Origin: Candidatus Micrarchaeota archaeon CG10_big_fil_rev_8_21_14_0_10_45_29
GTDB lineage: Archaea; Micrarchaeota; Micrarchaeia; Anstonellales; Anstonellaceae
Direction of reading: 5' to 3'
Length of the DNA: 64,000 bases
NCBI GenBank assembly: GCA_002778455.1
Contig: PFCD01000005.1
Location: 4,424-68,423, forward strand
In this document: positions 1 to 10,251 of the stretch, piece by piece
How positions within the stretch are numbered: position 1 is the first letter of the stretch
How the letters are laid out: every line of letters begins with the position of its first letter
Translations under genes and position numbers: made by a program
Notes under the pieces: generated by a model
The model's database searches: none
Told to the model about the DNA's origin: nothing
The model's input: only the letters and a program-made list of their open reading frames with translations

Positions 1-813
1 AAAAGAAAAAAAGCATCTCCAAAAAGAATTCAAATTCCAAATGGATTCTCCCTGCACAATGCGGGGCATATTTTAGGCTCCACTCAATTATGCGCAGATA
101 CGCAGGAATTCGGAAAATTCGTCTACACGGGCGATTTTAAATTAAGGGACGGTTTGACCGTAAAAAAGGCGCCGATAATAGAGTGCGACACCCTTGTAAT
201 GGAGTGCACCTATGGAAAAACCGGCGTCTCTTTCCCCCCTCCGCAGGAAGTATATGAAAGCATGGAAAAATGGTCGCGCCAAAACAAAAATTCAATCCAA
301 CTATGGGGCGGCTACGCGACAGGAAAGGCGCAGGAGCTTGTAAAATTCATAAACACCTACCTTGATGAGGCGCCAATTGTGCCTGAAAAAGTGGCAAAAA
401 TATGCTCCCACTATAAAAATAACGGCATATCCCTTGACTATGTGCAGGCAGGCACTTATGAGGCGCAGGAAATAATGCGCTCTGCCTTTTGCGCCGTGTT
501 TCCCCCCCACCAGCTAAATTACAATTTCGCATCCCAGCTCTCTCACGCCCACAGGCGGGAGGCAAAAGTCGCAATAGCAACCGGCTGGACAGGCATCAGG
601 CGCATGAGCGCGCACGCCTCCTTTCCACTCTCAGACCATGCGGATTTTGGCGAAATTCTGCGATACGCGCAAGAGAGCGGGGCAAAAAAAGTGTATTTGG
701 CGCACGGCAAAAACGAATCCACCGCAAAAGAGCTGCAAAAAGAGGGAATAAACGCATTTGCAATAGAGGAATTGGGAAAAAAGAAAGAGATGCAGGCAAT
801 ATTGCAAAACTAA
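1..813 (+). CDS. MBL-fold beta-CASP-type nuclease (RNA processing / DNA ligase-associated exonuclease family), 5' truncated by window edge
   Basis: Frame is open from base 1 and reads HNAGHILGS...VYTGDFK...LVMECTYG...LSDHADF...VYLAHG, typical beta-CASP/RMMBL motifs. The ORF track start at 154 is internal. Confidence 0.85.
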   Translation, partial: KRKKASPKRIQIPNGFSLHNAGHILGSTQLCADTQEFGKFVYTGDFKLRDGLTVKKAPIIECDTLVMECTYGKTGVSFPPPQEVYESMEKWSRQNKNSIQLWGGYATGKAQELVKFINTYLDEAPIVPEKVAKICSHYKNNGISLDYVQAGTYEAQEIMRSAFCAVFPPHQLNYNFASQLSHAHRREAKVAIATGWTGIRRMSAHASFPLSDHADFGEILRYAQESGAKKVYLAHGKNESTAKELQKEGINAFAIEELGKKKEMQAILQN

Positions 814-1001
814 AGCAAAACCGCAAAATCAACCTAACTTATACAAAACTATATGTTTGGTTAATTCTGAGAAAAAGTCAGCAAAATAAGCAAAAACAAC
901 AAATATTTGGAAAAATAAGGCAAAAGAGCAACAGCGGGATTTAAGAAAACAAATTGTTTGCGGGCTTGGGAAGAAAAAATAAGGTTAAATTTTAAAATAT
1001 C

Positions 1002-1322
1002 TCAAAGCTCTTTTGGCTCTGCATTCGGGCATTTCTTTTTCAAAACATCATAATGCATGTCATTTAGCCCTACAGCCATGTCATACACCTGCCCCATCTG
1101 GTCAAATACCTTGAAAATAACGCTCACTTTTCCAAGAGGCAATTCGGACACTTTCTCAAGCTTTTTCACATATTCATAAGGCGCGCGAATAAGCTTGTTA
1201 TTATGCTTTATCACAAGCCCCCCCTCGCACAAATAAATCCTGCCCGACTGGTCAAAGCCGTCCTCAAAAATAGGATAGCTCTCAGACACAAGCCCGTATA
1301 TGCTGTCTTTTTGAATTGCCAT
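1002..1322 (-). CDS. Hypothetical protein, 106 aa (possible PH-like beta fold)
   Basis: ATG start with GGGGTTGGTG upstream and normal composition. The pattern GRIYLCEGGLVIK...IRAPYEYVKKLE resembles PH-like domains (inference). Confidence 0.6.
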   Translation of the reverse strand: MAIQKDSIYGLVSESYPIFEDGFDQSGRIYLCEGGLVIKHNNKLIRAPYEYVKKLEKVSELPLGKVSVIFKVFDQMGQVYDMAVGLNDMHYDVLKKKCPNAEPKEL

Positions 1323-1675
1323 AACACCAACCCCGCATTTAGCGCAAATTCCGCCCTGTATCTCCTACGCATATAAAATTTATAACACTTGGCAGGAGTT
1401 TGCCTTCTTTTTCAATTTGTAATTTTCTTTACACTTTTATTAACATTTTTTATATTTTTTGCAAATTTATTTAAAAAGCATGCAAGCACGCTTTCTATTG
1501 CATAAAAAATGCAAACGGGCTTGGAAAATTTTTTCCGGGGGTTTGGAAAATGAAAAAGAAAGCAAAGAAGAAAAAGTAATTGGCAGGGAAAACTTTTTCC
1601 CTCTTTTTTTCCATTTTTTTGCAATTTTTAAAGCCCACCTTCTCTCTTTATATACCTTAAGCCCTTCTCTTTTTT

Positions 1676-2758
1676 ATGGAAAAAAAGGCGCAATCCTCTA
1701 TAGAATACCTTGCCACATACGGCTGGGCGCTTCTTCTCATATTTTTGGTTATCGCATTTTTGGTCGGCTCGGGAGTGTTCAGCCCTTCCCGTTTTGCAAG
1801 CGAGGAGTGCACTTTTCAGCCAAACCTTCCCTGCACCCAGTATTATGCGCAGGCAATAGAGGGGCGAGCGCAGGCAAAAGTCTCATTTAACCTCACAAAC
1901 ACCATGGGTTTTCCAATAGCAATATTAGGGGTAAATTCCGACTCTGAAGGGGTAAAAAGCTCATGCCCGGACTGCACCCGCTATTTATTGCAAGGCGAAT
2001 CCGCCTCCTTCACATTCGAGCCCCTTACAAGCCGGGAATATTATGACAACGAGATGCTAAAGCTTAAATTTTCATTGCAATTTCGCGGGTGCAAGGGAAT
2101 GGATGAAACAACCTGCCTAACTGATGATACGCTTGCATATTACACGACTTCAGGGAGAATTCACGCCGCCCTTAGAGGCACAACAACAGCTGGCGCCTCT
2201 CCTCTCTGCACCTCTGCCGACAACTGGTGCGACGGCACAGTATTCAACTTCTGCTCAGGCGGCTCAATGGTTTCCAAAAATTGCGCGCCTGACGCGTGCA
2301 CAGGAAAAGGCGCAACCGCCGCCTGCGCATCTGCCTCATGCACTCCAGCGGATGAGTTTTGCGACGGTAATGTGCGAAACTTTTGCCAGGGAAACAGCCT
2401 AGTCAGCGAATATTGCGACAATGGCTGCTCATCAACACCTGCCCCTCACTGCAAGCTTTGCAAAGACGGGGAAACACAATGCCTCTCAGAGAGGGAAATA
2501 GCAACCTGCAACGGCGAGGGCTGGGAATCGATTTATTGCCAGGATTTGGATTCAACAAAAGAGTATTGCTCAGACTTTTTGGGAGCGCCCCAGTGCACGC
2601 AATGCATCTCAGGAAAAATAAAATGCATCCCAGGCACCAACATATACCAAACATGCGACGGAGAGCAGTGGATGGCTTACCCCACATATCCCTGCATGGA
2701 CCCGACGCCAATATGCAAAGACGGCGGAGCGCTCGAAGATGATGCGTGCGTCAATTAA
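1676..2758 (+). CDS. Class III signal peptide (archaeal pilin-like) surface protein with Cys-rich C-terminal repeats
   Basis: N-terminus MEKKAQ/SSIEYLATYGWALLLIFLVIAFLVG (basic-A-Q, +5 Glu, hydrophobic helix). The C-terminal half has repeated C-x-x-x-x-x-x-CDG...NFC units. Confidence 0.85.
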   Translation: MEKKAQSSIEYLATYGWALLLIFLVIAFLVGSGVFSPSRFASEECTFQPNLPCTQYYAQAIEGRAQAKVSFNLTNTMGFPIAILGVNSDSEGVKSSCPDCTRYLLQGESASFTFEPLTSREYYDNEMLKLKFSLQFRGCKGMDETTCLTDDTLAYYTTSGRIHAALRGTTTAGASPLCTSADNWCDGTVFNFCSGGSMVSKNCAPDACTGKGATAACASASCTPADEFCDGNVRNFCQGNSLVSEYCDNGCSSTPAPHCKLCKDGETQCLSEREIATCNGEGWESIYCQDLDSTKEYCSDFLGAPQCTQCISGKIKCIPGTNIYQTCDGEQWMAYPTYPCMDPTPICKDGGALEDDACVN

Positions 2759-2891
2759 AACAGGCCAAAACCCCTCTTGCAAATGCCTGTTTTTAGCCGC
2801 CATTATTTCTTTTAAGGGGAAAAGCCCCCTAACCCTTTTTTAATATATCCTCAGTAATTCCCCATGACCAGGGAATAGTTGGGTAGATAAG

Positions 2892-5800
2892 TTGTACCAC
2901 ATCTCCAAAATAAAATTTAGGGGCTTTAAGTCCTTCAAAAGCGCGGAAGCCAGTTTTCCGCAGGGCTTTGTCGCAATAGCAGGGCCAAACGGCTCTGGAA
3001 AAAGCAATGTTGCTGACGCTATTCGCTTCTGCTTTGGCGAGATGGGCACAAAGGCGATTCGCGTAAAGCGCGCCTCAGAGCTTATTTACATAAATTCCTC
3101 AAGGGGAGAAGTTACAATAAACCTCACAGGCAGCGGGGAGGAGGAGCCTAATTTTGAGATAAGGCGCTCAATAAGCGAGGATGGAAAAACATCATACTCA
3201 TTAAATGGAAAGCACCTCACCCGCACAAACGTACTGGAGGCATTGCGCCCCTACGGGCTTGAGATAGGGCACCACAACATAATAGCGCAGGGGCAGGTGC
3301 AAAGAATAGTTGAAATGAATGCAAAGGATAGGCGCACCATCATCGACTCAGTCGCAGGCATCTCCGAATTTGATGAAAAGAAAAAAGAGGCAATGGGAGA
3401 GCTTGGCAAAGTAGAGGCAAAAATTTCAGAATCAAGAATAGTGCTATCCGAGAGGGGCGCGTATTTGCAGGAGCTGGAGGCAGAAAAAAACGCAGCCATC
3501 TCACACAACGAGGCAAAGGCAATGCTTGAGCAGGCAAGGGCAACCCTTCTGCACTCTGAATATGAAAAGCTAAATTCCCAGTTTGACGAGCTTTTAAAAA
3601 AGCGCGCAGAGCTTGGAAAAGAAATAGGCTCTTTTGAGAAAAAGCTTGGGGAAATAACCGCGCAAAAAAATTCCCTTGAGGCGCAAAGAAAAGAGCTTGC
3701 CCAAAAAATGTCTGACGGAGGGAAAAAAGAGAGCCTTCTCTCCCAAATACAGGAGCTAAAGGTGCAAATGGCGCAAAGCCAGGCGCTTTGCGAGGAAAAA
3801 GCAAAAGCCGTGGAAGAGCTTGGCGTAAAAGAGAAAGAGATGGAGGCGCAAAAAGGGGAAACAGAGTCTCAAATAACCCGGCTCTCGGCTCAAATAAAAG
3901 CAAAGCACGCGATGCTCACAAATCTTGCTATACAGGTAAAAAACGCAAAAGAGGCCGCAGGAATAGATGATGAGCGCCAAAGCCCGGGGGAAAAAGAGGC
4001 GGAAGCAATATCGCAAAAACTCTCATCCGTGCGCGAGCAGAAAGCCACTTTTGCCGGGCAAATGCAGGGAATGGAGCATGTGCTTGAGAGCACAACCCAG
4101 CTTCTCAAATCCGCGCAAAGCGAGCTATCTTTGCTAAAAAATGAAAAAGAGGACAACGAGGCAGGAAAGCTCTCCTCCTCAATAGAGCAAATAAACGAGT
4201 CGCTCACCTCTTTATTTGAAAAAGAAAAGGCGCTTAACAAAGACATCCCCTCCCTTGACAGGCAGATGCTTGATGCAAAAGAGAGGGTTGCGGCATTGCG
4301 CGGCTCTGTCTCTCCCGCATCCAGAAATCCTGCGCTAATAGCGGTGCAAGAGCTGAAAAATTCAAAAGGAGGGGAAGGCATTTTCGGAGCCGTGGCAGAC
4401 CTCATAAGCATGGATAGCGATTACCAGGTGGCAATAGAGGCTGCCGCAGGAAGCAGGCTCAACTACGTAGTGGTAGACAGCCTTGACAATGCAAATTCAA
4501 TAATAAAAAAGCTAAAGGCAGGCAAGCAGGGAAGATGCTCGTTTATCCCCCTTGACAAGGTGGTTTTCAACACCCGCAAGCAAAGCACTCCAAGCGGCTC
4601 TTTAGGAAGGCTTATCGACTTTGTGCAATACTCCCCCGCAATAGACAATGCCATGCGCTACCTTTTCGAGGACACTCTGCTTGTGCAAAATGTGGAATCC
4701 GCCAAAAAAATAGGTGTAGGAAGCTGGCGAATGGTTACAATGGGGGGCGAGCTTTTGGAGCGCTCCGGAGTAATAACAGGCGGCTCGCAAAAGTCAAGCC
4801 TTCTCTCCCGTTCATCGCTAAAAAAGGCGGAAGATGAAATTGATAAAATAAAAACAAGGCGCGACTCGCTTTACTCTGATCTGTATTCTGTGCGAGACGA
4901 GATGCAGCGCCTGCGCAAAGAGCGCGCCTCTTTGGAATTAAAGCTGCGCACAAGGGAAGCTGAAGCCGGCTCTGCAACAGAGAAAAAGGCAAGAATAAAA
5001 AAGCTTGAAGAGCAGGCAACCGCCCTGAAGGCGCAGGAAGGGGCAAAGAAAAAAGAGCTTGAAAAAATAAAAGAGAAAATTTCCTCTTTGGAAAAAGAAG
5101 AAAAAGAGCTCTCAAAAGAGCTATATGCGGCAAAAGAGGCCGCGCAAAAGGCGCGCGAGGACGCCAAAAAGAAAAGCGGGGACAAGCAGCAGCACTACCG
5201 CGAGCTTTTTGAAAAGCACGCCTCTCTCTCCTCAGAATTAGATTCTTTGCGCCAGGAGGAGAAAATGCATCTCTCCTCAAAGCAATCCCTCTCAAATGCC
5301 TTCTCCCAAATGCAAAAAGACAAAAAAATAGTGTCGCTTGAGATAAAAACTTTAGAGGAAGCTTCCGCCGCAGCGCGCAAAAAGCTTGAAAAATGCGAGG
5401 ATTCGCTAAGGCATGTGAGCGCAAGCGTGCAAAAATATTACAACCAGATGCAGGAGCTGCAAAGCCGGCTTGACGCGCTGGGGGGAGAGGAAGGGCAAAT
5501 AAAATTCTCATTTGATTCTCAAAACCGGGCGCTAAATGAAATAAACATAAAGCACGCGTCAGTGGAAACAAAGCTTGCGGATGTGAGCGCCGAGTGGGAA
5601 AAATACAAGCAGGCAACGCTTTTGGAAGATTTCACAAAAACCAAGCTTGAGCAAATGATAGGCGAGTGCGAGGCAACAATAAACTCCCTTGGCATGGTAA
5701 ACCTGAAGGCCCCCGAACTTTACGAGGCTAAAAAGCAAGAGCTTGAGGAAATGGGAAAAAGGGTGGAAACTTTGCAAAGCGAGAGGGAAGCCGTAATTTC

Positions 5801-6374
5801 CCTTATGCAGGAAATAGAGAATAAAAAAAGAAAAATTTTCATGGACACATTCACTTCCGTAAACGAGCATTTCATAAAGCTCTTTAGTACAGTTTTCAAA
5901 GGAGAGGGCTCGCTTGTGCTCGACACCCCTGAAAACCCGCTTGATTCAGGGCTTAGCATGCGGGCAAGGGGGCTTAATGAAAAGCGCGACCGCTACCTCG
6001 AATCCATGTCGGGGGGAGAGAAAACTCTTCTTTCCACGATGTTTATTTTCTCATTGCAGATGCGAAAATCCGCCCCCTTCTATATACTTGATGAGGCGGA
6101 AGCCGCCCTTGACAAGGCAAACGCATCCAAAATGGCAGACTTTTTAAAGCAGATGAGCAAAAAGGCGCAATTTATAGTGATAACACACCATGACGCCCTC
6201 CTCTCGGCAGCAGACGTTGTGCTCGGTGTTGCAAAAACAAATGAAGGCTCAAAAATAGTGGGTGTGCAGCTTACCTCCGGCTCCCAATTCACAAAAGGCG
6301 GGGAAGAGGCAGAAGTGCAAGAGGAAGGGCTTCCGGAAAAAATAACTTTTGATGAGGCAGCCTCCAAAAAATAA
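2892..6374 (+). CDS. smc: Chromosome segregation protein SMC
   Basis: FRGFKSF, Walker A GPNGSGKSN, Q-loop IIAQGQV, long coiled coils, hinge GRCSFIPLD...GVITGG, signature MSGGEK, Walker B YILDEAEAALD, QFIVITH. Confidence 0.97.
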   Translation: MYHISKIKFRGFKSFKSAEASFPQGFVAIAGPNGSGKSNVADAIRFCFGEMGTKAIRVKRASELIYINSSRGEVTINLTGSGEEEPNFEIRRSISEDGKTSYSLNGKHLTRTNVLEALRPYGLEIGHHNIIAQGQVQRIVEMNAKDRRTIIDSVAGISEFDEKKKEAMGELGKVEAKISESRIVLSERGAYLQELEAEKNAAISHNEAKAMLEQARATLLHSEYEKLNSQFDELLKKRAELGKEIGSFEKKLGEITAQKNSLEAQRKELAQKMSDGGKKESLLSQIQELKVQMAQSQALCEEKAKAVEELGVKEKEMEAQKGETESQITRLSAQIKAKHAMLTNLAIQVKNAKEAAGIDDERQSPGEKEAEAISQKLSSVREQKATFAGQMQGMEHVLESTTQLLKSAQSELSLLKNEKEDNEAGKLSSSIEQINESLTSLFEKEKALNKDIPSLDRQMLDAKERVAALRGSVSPASRNPALIAVQELKNSKGGEGIFGAVADLISMDSDYQVAIEAAAGSRLNYVVVDSLDNANSIIKKLKAGKQGRCSFIPLDKVVFNTRKQSTPSGSLGRLIDFVQYSPAIDNAMRYLFEDTLLVQNVESAKKIGVGSWRMVTMGGELLERSGVITGGSQKSSLLSRSSLKKAEDEIDKIKTRRDSLYSDLYSVRDEMQRLRKERASLELKLRTREAEAGSATEKKARIKKLEEQATALKAQEGAKKKELEKIKEKISSLEKEEKELSKELYAAKEAAQKAREDAKKKSGDKQQHYRELFEKHASLSSELDSLRQEEKMHLSSKQSLSNAFSQMQKDKKIVSLEIKTLEEASAAARKKLEKCEDSLRHVSASVQKYYNQMQELQSRLDALGGEEGQIKFSFDSQNRALNEINIKHASVETKLADVSAEWEKYKQATLLEDFTKTKLEQMIGECEATINSLGMVNLKAPELYEAKKQELEEMGKRVETLQSEREAVISLMQEIENKKRKIFMDTFTSVNEHFIKLFSTVFKGEGSLVLDTPENPLDSGLSMRARGLNEKRDRYLESMSGGEKTLLSTMFIFSLQMRKSAPFYILDEAEAALDKANASKMADFLKQMSKKAQFIVITHHDALLSAADVVLGVAKTNEGSKIVGVQLTSGSQFTKGGEEAEVQEEGLPEKITFDEAASKK

Positions 6375-6410
6375 CTTAAGGCAATTTGCTAATTTTCTTC
6401 AGGAAAAAAA

Positions 6411-7619
6411 TTAATTCACAAGCTTGTTATATTGCGAAATTGCGCTCAGATTCGCAGGCATTATCTCATAGCTTCCGCCTTTGCTTGCATTTACATATAT
6501 GCTTCCCACAATGTCTGTTCTCCAAATGGCCGCGCCGGAGATGTTTATCCTGTCAATTGTTGTTGGCGAGGGAAGCCCGTCATCATTTTTCCCGACGCTT
6601 ATTATAACATCGTCGGGAGAAACCCTTGCATATAACTGTGAAGGCGTGCTTCTTCCCTCCCCGTGCCCGCTCCATTTGAATACAGGGCATCCATTATCCA
6701 GCCTGCTGACTATAAGCGGCTCCATCTCCTGCTCAAGAGCCGAGGGCAAAAGCATGCAAAATTTCCCGTATTGAACCATCATAACAATAGAATTTGCCGG
6801 GGCATTGTCAACATACTCTTCGTTTTGGGGATTTAGTATTTTTACGCTTATTCCCCCCCGTTTTATCTCATCCCCCGCATTCGGGTGTATTGTGTATATT
6901 TCATGCTGAGCCAAATTCTCTTTTGCATTATCATAAACATTTCCTGCAGGCACCTGCTCGCCAACCCATGCCTCATGCACGGGGAACCTTCGCAATATTT
7001 CGTGCAATCCCCCTATCCTTCCCTCATCCCATGAGGAGATGGCAAGGCTGTCCACGCTTTCTACCCCTGCCTGCGCCAATATTTGCGCAAGAGCGTCCGC
7101 GCCCTGCGCGCTTCCTGCATCAATAAGCACAGTATATCCGTTTGCCATTAAAATGGTGGCATCCCCGTATCCGACGTCTGCAAAAATAATATTAAGATTT
7201 TCATTTACCGGCTCAACCGTGGCATTGCTCGCATTTTGGGCTGCGTTCTCCGCATCACTTCCATTCACCGTCGCATTTATTTGCAAGCTCTCATTTGCCA
7301 GAGTAGAATTTATTCCTGCAACAGCAGAGCCATTGCCGCCGCTTCTATTTATTCCCCCTGTTCCATTCACCTGCATTCCGGCACTCTCATTTGCCGCAGT
7401 TTCATTGTCCCAAAATATGCTTCCATTTTGCGCATTGCTATCATTTAGCGCACCGCTCCCATTTAATAAATTGCTATCATTTTGCGCCTGCGGGGGCTCT
7501 ATGGTCTCATTTTGCGCAACCACCGGAGGCGGTTCAGGCGGGAAAATCTCATCCAAATTTATGCATCCGCTAATAAAAATAAAGGCAACAAGCAAGAGAG
7601 CAATAGCAAAAATTTTCAT
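6411..7619 (-). CDS. ComEC/Rec2-like MBL-fold lipoprotein with degenerate active site and Asn-rich linker
   Basis: Lipobox-like FISGC. The segments IIFADVGYGDATIL, VLIDAG, NSIVMMVQYG, IISVGKN...GLPS and IWRTDIVGSI follow the ComEC C-terminal MBL pattern, but the His ligands are absent. Confidence 0.8.
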   Translation of the reverse strand: MKIFAIALLLVAFIFISGCINLDEIFPPEPPPVVAQNETIEPPQAQNDSNLLNGSGALNDSNAQNGSIFWDNETAANESAGMQVNGTGGINRSGGNGSAVAGINSTLANESLQINATVNGSDAENAAQNASNATVEPVNENLNIIFADVGYGDATILMANGYTVLIDAGSAQGADALAQILAQAGVESVDSLAISSWDEGRIGGLHEILRRFPVHEAWVGEQVPAGNVYDNAKENLAQHEIYTIHPNAGDEIKRGGISVKILNPQNEEYVDNAPANSIVMMVQYGKFCMLLPSALEQEMEPLIVSRLDNGCPVFKWSGHGEGRSTPSQLYARVSPDDVIISVGKNDDGLPSPTTIDRINISGAAIWRTDIVGSIYVNASKGGSYEIMPANLSAISQYNKLVN

Positions 7620-7650
7620 AAAAGAAAAAAGAAGGCTTAATTAAAAAACA

Positions 7651-8217
7651 CTACTGCCACGCGCGCAAAAGCTCGCTTCTTGCCATTTCAACCTGCCCGC
7701 GTGCGACATCCTGCTTTCTCTTAAAATTAGGCAGAACAGAATTCGAGAACCTTACAACAGAAATCTGCTCATAGACTCCATTCATAAGCGAAAAATAATA
7801 TTGCGCATTTGCCTCATTTCCCGCCTTTAGTTCCTCGAGCATCTGCCTGCGAAACTCCCCTATTGCGTCGCAGAGCCCCAAAAGAAAAACCTGCGGGCTA
7901 ACCTTTAATTTTTTATAATCAGGCAAAGGCTTTTTCTCAACAGCCGCCAAAAACAGCTTTGCTTCCACCACTTCCTGCATTATCGGCGAGAGCAAATATT
8001 CCCAGCTCCCCCCTCCCTTCGGAAGCGAGGAAATCCCTTTTTCAAGAGATGCCAATTCCTTTTTGGCATTCTCTATTTCCCCGCAATGGAGCATGCGGAT
8101 GCAATTTGCGCATTTTCTCACAAGCGGCCTTGCCGACGAGATTATTTTGTCATGAGCCTCCTCCTTTTTCTCAAGCTCTTTTATGATTGCGCCTATGCCA
8201 AGCTGTTGTGTTTTCAT
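7651..8217 (-). CDS. Translin family protein
   Basis: All-helical 188 aa with QEVVEA, FLLGLCDAIGEFRR and FKRKQDVAR, typical of archaeal translin/TRAX-like proteins. Confidence 0.85.
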   Translation of the reverse strand: MKTQQLGIGAIIKELEKKEEAHDKIISSARPLVRKCANCIRMLHCGEIENAKKELASLEKGISSLPKGGGSWEYLLSPIMQEVVEAKLFLAAVEKKPLPDYKKLKVSPQVFLLGLCDAIGEFRRQMLEELKAGNEANAQYYFSLMNGVYEQISVVRFSNSVLPNFKRKQDVARGQVEMARSELLRAWQ

Positions 8218-8268
8218 ATTTTATTCTTAACCGCCTGCGTTTAAAAGCATAGCTTCATTTATTGAGGC

Positions 8269-8952
8269 ATGGCAGAGACAAAATGGGTTGCCCTCTCCGT
8301 CGGAGGCTCTCTTCTCAACGACGGAAAGCCCAATGCAAAAATGGCATCCTCGCTTGCAAAAATATTTATGCAAACTAAAATGCGCCTTGCAATAGTGGTG
8401 GGCGGGGGAAAAGAGGCAAGAGAGGCGGCTGACGCGCAGAGAAAAATGGGGAAAAGCGAATTTTATGCGGATATGGCGGGAATAAAGGTCACCCATAAAA
8501 ACGCGGATGCCCTGCGCCAAGCCCTCGGCAAAGAGGCTGGGAAAAAAATATTTAGCGACTTTGAGGGGGCAGCAAAAGCATCCCACACCCAAAAATATGT
8601 AATAATGGGGGGCACAATTCCGGGCATCACAACAGATGCGGACGCCTGCCTTCTTGCAGAAGCGATAGGCGCAAAGCAACTTGTAAATTTAAGCAAAACC
8701 GCCATTTACTCCGGCGACCCTTCAAAAAACAAAAATGCAAAAAAATTCTCCCGCCTCAAATATTCCCAGCTCATTTCTTTGGCAACAAAAGGGGACAAAA
8801 GAAAAGCAGGCACCCATTTTGTCTTTGATTTGCTTGCATGCTCGCTTATTTCCCGCTCAAAAATAAAAGCCCACTTTGTTGATGGCAGAAACTCCTCTGA
8901 TGTAAAAAACGCAATCCTTGGGAAAAAGCATAACGGCACCGTGGTAGGCTAA
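8269..8952 (+). CDS. pyrH: UMP kinase (archaeal type)
   Basis: LSVGGS, IVVGGG, IMGGTIPGITTDADA, IYSGDPSKNKNAKK, GTHFVFDLLA. Confidence 0.9.
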   Translation: MAETKWVALSVGGSLLNDGKPNAKMASSLAKIFMQTKMRLAIVVGGGKEAREAADAQRKMGKSEFYADMAGIKVTHKNADALRQALGKEAGKKIFSDFEGAAKASHTQKYVIMGGTIPGITTDADACLLAEAIGAKQLVNLSKTAIYSGDPSKNKNAKKFSRLKYSQLISLATKGDKRKAGTHFVFDLLACSLISRSKIKAHFVDGRNSSDVKNAILGKKHNGTVVG

Positions 8953-8988
8953 GACATATTTATATTCTTTCTGAAACATAACTATTCT

Positions 8989-9417
8989 ATGGGTTCCACA
9001 TATTCTCTTCTTTACCGGCGTTTTAGTTCAGGCAAAATGCAGGGGAACATACCTGTAGAGCCTGCTAAACTTAGCAAACTCACTAGCTTGGGGAGGCATT
9101 TTCCTTTTGGCAAAACCACCCGCAAGCCGCTAGCAGATACTGCGCCAAAAACCTGCAGCAAATACGACGACTTTCGCCTTATTTTATTCTGCATCGAAAG
9201 CGGATTAGCAGACAAGGACGAGAAGAAAGTAAGGCGCAATCTCTCAAAGCTTCAAAACAGCGGGCTGGGATACTGGCTCAAACAATCCGCCGAAGCGGTT
9301 GAGTATGTGAAAATCTTCTCATTTATAGGAAAGCTTGCCCGCTCAAAGAATGCGGATGCGGCCACAAAAGGGATTTTAAATGCAATTTTGCAACAAGGAA
9401 GAATAAAAATAAATTAA
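8989..9417 (+). CDS. Hypothetical protein, 142 aa
   Basis: ATG about 25 nt after a TTTATA box and fills the gap between pyrH and the glycosyltransferase. No recognisable motif. Confidence 0.5.
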   Translation: MGSTYSLLYRRFSSGKMQGNIPVEPAKLSKLTSLGRHFPFGKTTRKPLADTAPKTCSKYDDFRLILFCIESGLADKDEKKVRRNLSKLQNSGLGYWLKQSAEAVEYVKIFSFIGKLARSKNADAATKGILNAILQQGRIKIN

Positions 9418-10133
9418 ACTTTTGTCCGCACCGCCTCATACCCGCCGGCGGATTTTTTCAAAAAGTGGGAGCTGAAAAAATTCTTTGTATGAAAAAAGAT
9501 ATATTTGGGGTAACCCCAATCCCTTATCCTTCTTAGTGAATATTTTATTTCAGCCTTTGGCACAAACACGACTTTTCCCGCCTTTCGCGCCCTCTTTATC
9601 ACGTCCGTATCCTCTCCGGTAACCAAATTCACGTTAAACCCGCCTATTTTCCAAAACGCCTTGTTTCTTAATGCCATGTTGCTTCCTGCTACATAGTCTA
9701 TTCTTACCAAATTCAGAAATTTCCCTGCCAACAGCGCCCCATATTCAAGAAAAATCCTCTCCATCGGCTTTGCATCATATGGCACAATCCACCCGTATGC
9801 TGCCGAGACTTTTTTGTCCTCAAAGGCGGCTGAGAGGTTTTTTACCCAATATTTATCAACATCTGTATCAGCATCAGTATAAAGAAAAACCTCCCCAGTA
9901 GCAGCTTCGCTTCCTGCCTGCCTTCCGGCAGCTATTGTATTTGTGGTTTCCCTCACCACCTTGTCGCAGTACTTTTTAGCAATTTTTACCGTATTGTCTT
10001 CCGAGCCCCCGTCTGCTACAATAAGCTCTATCTTTCCATCAAACTGCTGCGCCCTTATGGACTTTAGGGTGCTCTCAATAAGCTTTTGCTCGTTTAGCGT
10101 CGGTATAATAACAGATACTTTTTTTATTTTCAT
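9414..10133 (-). CDS. Glycosyltransferase family 2
   Basis: VSVIIPTLNE, IVADGGSED, YTDAD (DxD), GSNMA, GGF...GEDTD. Confidence 0.93.
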   Translation of the reverse strand: MKIKKVSVIIPTLNEQKLIESTLKSIRAQQFDGKIELIVADGGSEDNTVKIAKKYCDKVVRETTNTIAAGRQAGSEAATGEVFLYTDADTDVDKYWVKNLSAAFEDKKVSAAYGWIVPYDAKPMERIFLEYGALLAGKFLNLVRIDYVAGSNMALRNKAFWKIGGFNVNLVTGEDTDVIKRARKAGKVVFVPKAEIKYSLRRIRDWGYPKYIFFHTKNFFSSHFLKKSAGGYEAVRTKV

Positions 10134-10251
10134 TCACTTGCCTCTTGTGAGAAAATACACTGCCAATATGATGACACTTATCAGAAATGCGGAAAATACC
10201 AATTGGTCGCTCATGCATCTAAATATTAATTTGCGCTTAATAAATCTATTC

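Noticed and set aside
3251-6367. Many antisense and alternative-frame ORFs, here and throughout (e.g. 4735-5616, 36733-37635, 44981-45541)
   Set aside because: They are shadows of well-supported genes or translations of repeats, with biased F/L/S/R composition and no motifs.
9943-10251. Long N-terminal extensions in the ORF track (mre11; likewise thyX 20741, ccdA 31765, HAD 19187, 29724, 34668)
   Set aside because: They overlap neighbouring genes or promoters, and family motifs begin at the downstream ATGs used here.
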